From IMG/VR virus record IMGVR_UViG_3300009431_000004: DNA of 64,000 bases; one strand, given 5' to 3'. Position numbers and translations under genes: made by a program. This document shows, piece after piece, positions 36,868 to 44,543 of this stretch. The notes beneath the pieces were generated by a model that saw only the letters and a program-made list of their open reading frames with translations, made no database searches and was not told the DNA's origin. Origin of the DNA: a virus. How positions within the stretch are numbered: the first letter of the stretch is position 1; each line of letters starts with the position of its first letter.

Positions 36868-37316
36868 TTGGAAAGCTCCTCAAGCTCCCGCCGCAGGCGA
36901 GCCTGTTCCTGTTTGAGTGCCTCCGCCCCAGCTCCGAGAGTCTGCTGCACAATCCCCCCAGACGCCACAGTCAGGAGAGCCTCGTCACTCTGGCGGAGGT
37001 CCTCCTGAACTTCCGCCAACCGAGCCAGCAGGGCCGCCTTACGAAGCATCTCGGGCTTGATGACCCCAGCGCCCTGCAAGACCTCGACGAGGTGTGTAAG
37101 GAGGGTCAAGTCCTTGGATACTTTACCAAGAGTGCGGGCCATTTGCTGCGGGGTGTTGTTGAAAAGCGGGCATCGGTCCGTGCTGCATGGGTCGGCGTCG
37201 CAATTCTCAGGGTCGCCCGAACAGGCGTCCGTACTGTCGAGGTCGATTCCGAGCGCCCCTTCCAGAATCCGAACCCGGCGTGTTAGCTCGGCTACATCAA
37301 GTGGCTCAGAGTCCAT
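36864..37316 (-). CDS. hypothetical protein
   Basis: Overlaps the polymerase stop; Cys cluster and coiled coil. Confidence 0.65.
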   Translation of the reverse strand: MDSEPLDVAELTRRVRILEGALGIDLDSTDACSGDPENCDADPCSTDRCPLFNNTPQQMARTLGKVSKDLTLLTHLVEVLQGAGVIKPEMLRKAALLARLAEVQEDLRQSDEALLTVASGGIVQQTLGAGAEALKQEQARLRRELEELSK

Positions 37317-40194
37317 CCAGCTCCGCCAATGACATGAAATGATTGTAGTGGACCTGCACCTCTTCCCCGAAGGCTGCGGAGAGGTCCAGCGGGGTGCCGT
37401 CGTTGGCCAACAGCTTCAAGATGCGGGTTCCTCGGTCACGGGTCCGGGCAAGCACCCCTGCCAGTCTCTCCATTGTACCCACGGTGAGCGGTACGGTGAG
37501 ACGGAACTCGAACGCTTCACCCTCCGGGACGGGGATTTCCTCTGCCACTTGTGCGCCCGTCGCGGCTGTCTCCGGTGCGGGTTCGGCTGGACCGGAAGGG
37601 GCGCTCGGCGGGGGCTGGTCATCGTCTTCCCCGCCCACCCTGTTCATGGTCGAGGCAAGACTGGCATCGGCTGAAGCGGCTTCCTCCTCCCCGAACCACG
37701 GCACCAGCTCGTCCGGGTAGCATTGCAGGTCTTCCCAGCGGTGGCCGTCGGGGGTCTTCTTCGCGCCCTTGATTTTCTTGTTCCCGATGAACTTGACCTC
37801 TCCGAAGTGCATGGAGTTCAAGTCCCACGGCACCGTCCAGTCGTGGCCGATTTCCACGTCACAGGTGAGCGGGATGGGCCACTTGCGGTTGAGGACGTAG
37901 GGGTTGCGGGTCATGACCGGGATGATGGCCTTGATGGCTTCCTGCATCACGTCGCCGTCCATCTCGAAGACCAGCTCATCGTGCATGGTGATAATCATCA
38001 TCACCTTGTCGAGCCAGCCACGCTTCTTGCAGAGCTTGTAGACGAGGACCATGGCGGTCTTGGTGATGTCGGCGCTGGTCCCTTGAATCGGGCCGTTCAC
38101 GGAGTTGCGCTCGGCCTTGGACCGGAAGCCGCCATCTTGGTTGTTGATGTCCGGCACCGGATACTTGCGGCCCATGGCCGTCCGCACGAACCCGTGCTGC
38201 TTGGCGAAGGTGTGCTGGGTGTGCCACCAGCGTTTGAGGCCCAGATAGGTCCGGTCGAAGGCGTTTTTTATGCGCCAGCCCTCGTTCTTGTCCACGCCGG
38301 TCCTGCGGGATACAGCGGCCCCACCTCCGCCGTAGCACAGGAGGAAGTTAGTGGCCTTGGCATCGCCCCGGAGCGCCTTCCAGTTGTCCTTGGACATGGC
38401 GTCATCCCCGAACAGGGACAGAGCGGTCAGGGTGTGAAGGTCGCCAATCTTGTCGGAGCCGCAGTTGGGGCAGCGGGCCGGAGGGGGCATCGGCGTCCCT
38501 TCACCGTCACCCTTCTCGAAGGTCCGGTCGCATTCGGCGCAGTGGAAGAATTCCGCCAGCCACAGCGGCTCGTAGGACAGGTTGGTAACGAGGCGAAGCT
38601 CGACGCCCGCGTAGTCGATGGCCACGATGTACGCACCCTTCTTGCGGGCCGTGATGCACTCCCGCAGTCGGGTCATACACTCCGGGCGGTTCGGGTCGTA
38701 GGTGGCCGGGATGGATTGCAGGTTGACCTGCGGCCAGCCCTGAAGGTGGCCCCGGTTCTTGTCCTTGGCCGGGGTGGAGAACCGGCCCGTATCGACCTTG
38801 TGGCCGTTGAAGTTGATTCGCATCGTGTGGTTGTCGGGGTCGCACGCGAGGAGCATCGGGTTGAGGTAGCCGGACAACGCCTTGCTGACTTCCCTGAACC
38901 GCTTGATGAGGCCCATGAACGGGAACTTCTTGCCCGCCTCCTCGATGACGCGCTCGATTTCGTCCTTCGAGGTCTTGATTTGGCCACTCTTCTCCGTCAG
39001 GCGCAGACCCGGCACACCCATCTCGTCGAACATCTGCCCCAGTTGCTTCGGGGCGTTCACGTCGTAGATGAGCGGGAAGGTCTTGTTCCGGTTGTCGTCC
39101 TTGATTTTTCCCGGCGGGTCCGGGTACTCCGCCTTGCCTCTCGCCTCTGCCCGCTTGAGCTGCACCGGCAGAAGACTGTGGGGGTCGGTGGCGTCGAACT
39201 TTTTGGTGAGTGCCTTGTACTTGCCGGGCATCACGTTCCGGCCAAGGAGTTCGCTGGCCGCCCGGTAGACCTCCACGATGGAGTCGAACCATTCCTGCTG
39301 GCCGAGATTGACCAGTTCACGGACCTTCCCGATGTCAACGTGAATCTGGTTTCGCTCCATCCACCGGGTCGCGGCAACGCATCCCTTCTCAATCTGGTAG
39401 ACGATTTTCTGGTTGCGCCCGTCGGTGTCGTTGTTGAGGACCGGCGGGGCCAGCACGTCGTAGAGCAGCCACGTACAGATACCGTCGCCCCCGCCGTACC
39501 AGAGGACGCCTTGGTCGGTCGGGTCGAGGGTCGAGAAGTCGAGCTTATCCTTCGGCGTGTCCTCCGGGAACAGCTCGACCAGCTCCACTTGGTCGATTCC
39601 CAGCTCCACCTTGGACAGCGACTTGAGCCTCTTGTCCCGTTCACGGGAGTTGCGGAGGTAGGCGAGGATGAGGGTGTCCTCCCAGTGGCTCGGCTTGTCC
39701 CACTCGCCGTAGGGCTTTCCGCCGGGGAACTGAAGGAACTCTTGGTCGAACTTTCCGTTGTGGAAGATGGCGACCGTCTCGCCCGCATCGACGGCAGCAA
39801 TAAGCCGTCGGAACTCCTTGTCGAAGAGGGCCATGGGGATATTGCATTCGAGGGGAGTCCGACCACCAGTCTCGCTCACCCGGACGTGCCGGAGCGGAAC
39901 GTAGTAGCCGTTCACACCGTCCGGGGACAGGCAGACCCCCGCAATCTGGTCCACGGTCCGCCGGGTGCCATCGTCGAAGCACAGCACCCGGTTGTCGAGG
40001 CCCGACGTTTCCAAGTCGAGGGAGAATCGGTCAGCCGCGATGCAGGTGTCGATGAGGGCCGTGAGATTGTCCACCGTGGCAAGGGTGAACACCTTTTCGT
40101 CCATCCAGTCCCGATGCTTGACACCGGGGTTCTGGTAGTGGTCTGTCACCTCGAACGCTTCAGGAATCTGGGCATCCCGGTCATCGCCTGCCAT
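37306..40194 (-). CDS. polA: family A DNA polymerase with 3'-5' exonuclease domain
   Basis: DLETSG, HNGKFD; TGRFS; motif A DYAGVELR, motif B R-x-x-AK-x-x-NF-x-x-x-YG, NGPIQGTSAD, motif C HDEL. Confidence 0.95.
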   Translation of the reverse strand: MAGDDRDAQIPEAFEVTDHYQNPGVKHRDWMDEKVFTLATVDNLTALIDTCIAADRFSLDLETSGLDNRVLCFDDGTRRTVDQIAGVCLSPDGVNGYYVPLRHVRVSETGGRTPLECNIPMALFDKEFRRLIAAVDAGETVAIFHNGKFDQEFLQFPGGKPYGEWDKPSHWEDTLILAYLRNSRERDKRLKSLSKVELGIDQVELVELFPEDTPKDKLDFSTLDPTDQGVLWYGGGDGICTWLLYDVLAPPVLNNDTDGRNQKIVYQIEKGCVAATRWMERNQIHVDIGKVRELVNLGQQEWFDSIVEVYRAASELLGRNVMPGKYKALTKKFDATDPHSLLPVQLKRAEARGKAEYPDPPGKIKDDNRNKTFPLIYDVNAPKQLGQMFDEMGVPGLRLTEKSGQIKTSKDEIERVIEEAGKKFPFMGLIKRFREVSKALSGYLNPMLLACDPDNHTMRINFNGHKVDTGRFSTPAKDKNRGHLQGWPQVNLQSIPATYDPNRPECMTRLRECITARKKGAYIVAIDYAGVELRLVTNLSYEPLWLAEFFHCAECDRTFEKGDGEGTPMPPPARCPNCGSDKIGDLHTLTALSLFGDDAMSKDNWKALRGDAKATNFLLCYGGGGAAVSRRTGVDKNEGWRIKNAFDRTYLGLKRWWHTQHTFAKQHGFVRTAMGRKYPVPDINNQDGGFRSKAERNSVNGPIQGTSADITKTAMVLVYKLCKKRGWLDKVMMIITMHDELVFEMDGDVMQEAIKAIIPVMTRNPYVLNRKWPIPLTCDVEIGHDWTVPWDLNSMHFGEVKFIGNKKIKGAKKTPDGHRWEDLQCYPDELVPWFGEEEAASADASLASTMNRVGGEDDDQPPPSAPSGPAEPAPETAATGAQVAEEIPVPEGEAFEFRLTVPLTVGTMERLAGVLARTRDRGTRILKLLANDGTPLDLSAAFGEEVQVHYNHFMSLAELDGL

Positions 40195-40238
40195 CTCATC
40201 TCCGTGGTGTGGGGTGTCTCACAGTCCTCCTACCCGAA

Positions 40239-40673
40239 TTAGAGGCTGAACTCATCCCCTTCTACGATTACAATATACCGCCCTTCCCTCCACGCCAGCA
40301 CAACCACGCTGGCGGCGGCCTGAGCGTCCATATCCAGCCCCGGAGCCAGATAACAGTCCGGGACTTTCTTGCAGGGGTGGCATTTCTTCTCTGCCCGCAT
40401 CACGCAGGTCTTGATGTCCGCGCACAGTCGAGGTTCTGGGACGAGCCTCATCAGGCTGCGGGGGTCCGGCCCGATGGACTCCATCAGGGGCTTGGCGTGG
40501 CCGTGGATGGCGTTGGACAGGTTCTCCCCGGTCACAGTCGGGAAGAGGCTCTCCCACGCGGTCCCTCGAAGCGGCGCGAGGCATCCCCACGAGTCGCCCG
40601 CGACAGGGAGGGGCCGACCCAACAGCACGATGCCGAACTCGGGGGTGTCGAGGGTGTACTCGACGATTCTCAC
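40239..40673 (-). CDS. Cys-rich hypothetical protein
   Basis: GTG start overlapping the upstream stop. Confidence 0.7.
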   Translation of the reverse strand: MRIVEYTLDTPEFGIVLLGRPLPVAGDSWGCLAPLRGTAWESLFPTVTGENLSNAIHGHAKPLMESIGPDPRSLMRLVPEPRLCADIKTCVMRAEKKCHPCKKVPDCYLAPGLDMDAQAAASVVVLAWREGRYIVIVEGDEFSL

Positions 40674-41272
40674 ATCGCTTCCTTGGCGGCCAGCTCCAAC
40701 CGTCCGTAAAGTTCCTTGAGGGCCAGCCGTGCCTTCGTCTCGGGTATCAGCTCCTTCGTCAGCCAGTAGCAAAGCTGGTCAAGTCCCTCCCAGAACCTCA
40801 AAGTCATCGTCATCGGGAGGTCACGGTCCATGGTCAGGCTGTTGAGGAACGCCCGGTACTGCTTGGCGTCATCCTCGAAGCTCTTGGTCGTGTCCAATTT
40901 TGCAGCGAGGTCTTTCTGGGCCTGCTGGACCGGGGACAGCTCGTAGTCCTCCGGCTCGAAGGACATGGGGGTGAGGCCGTACTTCTTCTCCAACCAGTCG
41001 AGGGCCTGCATGAAAGTGAGGTCGTGCTTGGCCTGCACGGTGTCGATGGTGTCACGGGCGACACCACAGGCGAAGCAGTACCACGAGTTGCTTTCGGGGT
41101 AGATACGGGCGGAGGGCTTGTTGTCCAGCCCGTCCCCGTGCATGTCGCAGGGGAACTGCTCCTCCCGGTCGCCGCTGTCGCCTCGAACGGGGTATCCGAG
41201 GTCCAACAGAAGTTGGGCGATGGGAATGTCGTTCTTGACCCTATCCTTGCGTCGTTCGTTGCGTGTCGCCAT
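40670..41272 (-). CDS. primase CHC2 zinc-finger protein (no TOPRIM domain)
   Basis: CDMH...D-x-x-PSA...WYCFACG...DTID. Confidence 0.85.
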   Translation of the reverse strand: MATRNERRKDRVKNDIPIAQLLLDLGYPVRGDSGDREEQFPCDMHGDGLDNKPSARIYPESNSWYCFACGVARDTIDTVQAKHDLTFMQALDWLEKKYGLTPMSFEPEDYELSPVQQAQKDLAAKLDTTKSFEDDAKQYRAFLNSLTMDRDLPMTMTLRFWEGLDQLCYWLTKELIPETKARLALKELYGRLELAAKEAM

Positions 41273-41299
41273 CGTCTTGCCCGGTAAGAGACATCTCTT

Positions 41300-41737
41300 C
41301 TACCCCTTGGCAGAAGGACTCGGCCCCCCTGACTTTGCCGGGGGTTTCAGCAGCCGCGACGCCGCTATCAGCTCGTCCGGTGGGGGCATCGTAGCGGGGT
41401 CGATGACCCGTACCTGCGAAAGGGGGATTGGCACGAAGACGCTGAACTGGAAGCAGTGCATCCCCTCCGGCGGGTCGAACCCGTAGTTGTCGATGCCAAC
41501 GCCATCCGGCCCATCAATACCGACCGGCGTGTACTCGACTTCAAGGACGACATCGAACTTGGGGTCGTCGTAGAACAGGGTCGGGGAGAGGTAGGTGTAG
41601 CGGTATCCCCCTTTCTCTCCCGTCCGCCAGAACAGGGGGCTGCCCCAGAGGACACCCTCGCGCTGTATCTCCGCCCACCGCTCAGAGGTGGTCTGGTGGT
41701 AGAATCTTGGCCGCTCTAGTCGGTCGGAGGCTCCCAT
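41300..41737 (-). CDS. hypothetical protein, possible ADP-ribosyltransferase-like fold
   Basis: FYHQT...I-x-x-EGV...YLSP...VLEV. Confidence 0.45.
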   Translation of the reverse strand: MGASDRLERPRFYHQTTSERWAEIQREGVLWGSPLFWRTGEKGGYRYTYLSPTLFYDDPKFDVVLEVEYTPVGIDGPDGVGIDNYGFDPPEGMHCFQFSVFVPIPLSQVRVIDPATMPPPDELIAASRLLKPPAKSGGPSPSAKG

Positions 41738-41982
41738 GTGCGGCACTCCCTCCGGCACCGCTTCTTCAGCGCCGCAGCTTCCCTCTTGGCGGCTGCCAGC
41801 GCCCTCTTGAGGCTCTCCGCCCGGTCCTGCGCCAGCACGTACTCCTCGCACAGCGGGGAGCCGCACTTGTACTTGGTGGACTCGATGGAGCGCACCACGA
41901 CGCCGGGCTTGGGAGGGTTAATCTTCGCGTGCAGCTCGCCAGACCAGCACACGAGGACGAGTATCAGAATGGCCCATTTCAT
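41716..41982 (-). CDS. small secreted or membrane protein with coiled coil
   Basis: Signal-peptide-like N-terminus; AGGAG RBS. Confidence 0.6.
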   Translation of the reverse strand: MKWAILILVLVCWSGELHAKINPPKPGVVVRSIESTKYKCGSPLCEEYVLAQDRAESLKRALAAAKREAAALKKRCRRECRTWEPPTD

Positions 41983-41991
41983 CTCTGGCTC

Positions 41992-43734
41992 CTAAACCTC
42001 GTCCAAGTCCAAGTTCTTCATCTCCTGCTCGTCGATAGCGTCCCCGACCGCCGCGTTCTCTTGCGGCGTCATCGTCACCTCGTGGCATGTCAGGATGCGG
42101 CGACAGGGCCACTCCACCCGTGCGTCGAACATCTCGAACGGCGCTCCGTCCCGGTTCTTGAGATTTTGGTACTGCACCCGGTTCGCCTTGATGAGGTCCT
42201 TGTCAATCCACGAGGTAGTCACGATGTCGGCACTCCGCTCCGCCTCGTTCGCGTAGGACAGGTGGGTGAGGTCGTAGGACGGCCTGCCGCCCTTCTCCTT
42301 CCGCTTCGTCGCGGCCTTGTAGCCCTCGCGGTTAATTTGGAACAGGGCCACGGTGGCGATGCCCTGCCCACGGTGGAACGACATGGCCAGCCGCTTGAGG
42401 TCACGGATGATTTCGTTCAGCCGGTCGGTCGTGCTGGACACCCACTTCCGGGGGGACATAAGGCCCACATGGTCCACGAAGATAGTGCGGAACGGAGTCT
42501 GGGTGTAGATGACCTCTGCCCGGTGCCGCAGGTCCGCCAAGGTGAAGTCGGACTTGTCGGGGTCGGCCACCTCGATGTGAATCTTGCCGTAGGGCCACGG
42601 CCACGGCTTACCTGTGGATGCTTGAAGGCTGGCCTTGAACGGCATCTTGGACTCGGGGTCGATGAAGTCCTCGCCCGTGTCGGGATGGTGGTCCACGTCC
42701 ACCAGCGGCAGCCCGGTGTCCTTGCCCTTCACCTTCTTCGTCTCCCCATTGAAGTCGGGGATGACGTAATCCATGAGGAACCGTCGGGCCGGGGACATGG
42801 CGACGGCTTTCTTCTTGTTGCCGTTGCACTTGAGGAGGCTCCCGTCCCATTCGTGGAGGGTGCCGTCCCGAACGTCCTGATAGGGCAGTCCCACGCAGGC
42901 CGTCGGGTCTTTTTGAAGGCCGAGGCCAAACCGGATGAGCTTGAACTTGTCGTGGGCGGAGTGCATGGCGTAGAGCATCCGGCGACACTGGTTGTAGGGC
43001 ATTTCCAGCGAGAAGCACAGCGAGCTGTAGCGGTAGAAGACCGCCTGATTGTAGGCCCAGTTGAGCATGAACGTGGACTTCATGCCCCCGGTGAAGGCGG
43101 CGTGAATCCACAGCTCGAACTTCTTGGCCCCGTTCAGGGCGTTGTCTATCTGCTCGATGCCGGTATGGGAGCCGACCCCGGCCAGCGGGTCCTCCTCGAC
43201 CCGGATGTACTCGTTCTTGAGGTCATCCCCGTCCGTCGTGGCCTCCCCGGAGAGGCGCGTCCCGAAGGTCGGGGCCACAATGTCGTGGCTCCGGTCGAGG
43301 ACGAAACGCACGGCGTCAATCTCACCCTGAAGGTGCGTGACCTTGCCCTTGGCGTCCTTGATGTCGATGCCGGACGTGAGGATGGCGTTGGCCTCCTTGA
43401 ACATCTCGGTGGCTGCCCTCCACCGCCGGTCCTTGGCCTTGTCCTCTACCCGTGTCTCGAAGTCTCCCAGCACGAACAGCGGGAGGTCTTCGAGTACCCC
43501 GAGGCGACTGACGATGGCGTCTTCCCCTTGGAGCTTGAAACGGCTCTTGAGGGTGGTCACGTCGGGGACATGGTTGTGCTGAAGAACGAAGTCCCGGACC
43601 TCGTTCCAGACGATGCCGTCTTCCGGCACCTCGAAGGGCAGCCCGCTGGCGTTCAGGAGCCGATAGTTGCGGAGCAAAAGCTCTTTGTCATCCGTGGGTT
43701 TGCTGGCGAAACAAGAGCGCAGGAGGGTTTTCAT
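41992..43734 (-). CDS. DnaB-like replicative helicase
   Basis: AFTGGMKST Walker A, FSLEM, IFVDHVGL, QINR, ERSADIV, KNRDG. Confidence 0.9.
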   Translation of the reverse strand: MKTLLRSCFASKPTDDKELLLRNYRLLNASGLPFEVPEDGIVWNEVRDFVLQHNHVPDVTTLKSRFKLQGEDAIVSRLGVLEDLPLFVLGDFETRVEDKAKDRRWRAATEMFKEANAILTSGIDIKDAKGKVTHLQGEIDAVRFVLDRSHDIVAPTFGTRLSGEATTDGDDLKNEYIRVEEDPLAGVGSHTGIEQIDNALNGAKKFELWIHAAFTGGMKSTFMLNWAYNQAVFYRYSSLCFSLEMPYNQCRRMLYAMHSAHDKFKLIRFGLGLQKDPTACVGLPYQDVRDGTLHEWDGSLLKCNGNKKKAVAMSPARRFLMDYVIPDFNGETKKVKGKDTGLPLVDVDHHPDTGEDFIDPESKMPFKASLQASTGKPWPWPYGKIHIEVADPDKSDFTLADLRHRAEVIYTQTPFRTIFVDHVGLMSPRKWVSSTTDRLNEIIRDLKRLAMSFHRGQGIATVALFQINREGYKAATKRKEKGGRPSYDLTHLSYANEAERSADIVTTSWIDKDLIKANRVQYQNLKNRDGAPFEMFDARVEWPCRRILTCHEVTMTPQENAAVGDAIDEQEMKNLDLDEV

Positions 43735-44543
43735 CTCTTCCCTCCCTTCTTCGGATTCTCGGTCACGGTCTGGTCCAGCATGGATGTCGCTGACTCATCC
43801 TTGAACCCTTGGCTCATGGTCGGCGCGACTCCCGTAGTCCCGGCTGTCGGGAACGCAGGCTCGACCCCTTCAGGAAGGGTTGAGCCTTCCAGCTCGATTG
43901 CAGGCCACAGGCAGAGGGTGTTCTCGACGTGGGAATCCCACGAGATATGTTCGTGGTTGAGCCTCTTGAGAGGGTGGTCCACAACCCATGTCGGCTTGTC
44001 GAGATGGAGCCGGTGGGTGATGGCTTCGAGCAACACCTCCGGCATTGCCGCGTTGCGGGCCACCTTGACCCCCACAATGATGATTAGCAGCTCGGGAGGC
44101 TCAGTGAGGTCCGCGAGACTTCCAAATCGGTTAGAGGGGCGTCTACGGCGGCTCACGTCCACATCTGGGTCTACGACTTCGTTGGCCCCGGAGAGCCACG
44201 CATCCATGAGGTCGGTGTCCGAGACGACGGCGAAGTACCACCGAGGCCCCATGCGGATGGCCACATGGCGCAGATGCTCCTTCAGGGCCACGTCCGGGGA
44301 CGTGATACGCAGGCACTCCTTGTCACGTCCCCAGAGAGGTGATTCGGGGATGGGCCGGGCGTCCCCAAGACCCTTCCAACCGCGCTCGACGTTGGCCTTC
44401 ACGTCCCTGACGACGACGCAGGTGCAGATACGGGTCTGACCGCCCGTGATGCCGGTCTGCTCCTCCGCCGGGATGGGTATAACCCCCCTGCCGTGGCAGT
44501 GAGGGCAATCTACCTTCCCGTCACCTTGCGGATAGTCGCTCAT
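43731..44543 (-). CDS. Zn-finger protein, possible degenerate DnaC/IstB-like helicase loader
   Basis: CPHCHGRG...CTC; PELLII; PTWV; no intact Walker A; coupled to the helicase gene. Confidence 0.55.
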   Translation of the reverse strand: MSDYPQGDGKVDCPHCHGRGVIPIPAEEQTGITGGQTRICTCVVVRDVKANVERGWKGLGDARPIPESPLWGRDKECLRITSPDVALKEHLRHVAIRMGPRWYFAVVSDTDLMDAWLSGANEVVDPDVDVSRRRRPSNRFGSLADLTEPPELLIIIVGVKVARNAAMPEVLLEAITHRLHLDKPTWVVDHPLKRLNHEHISWDSHVENTLCLWPAIELEGSTLPEGVEPAFPTAGTTGVAPTMSQGFKDESATSMLDQTVTENPKKGGKR

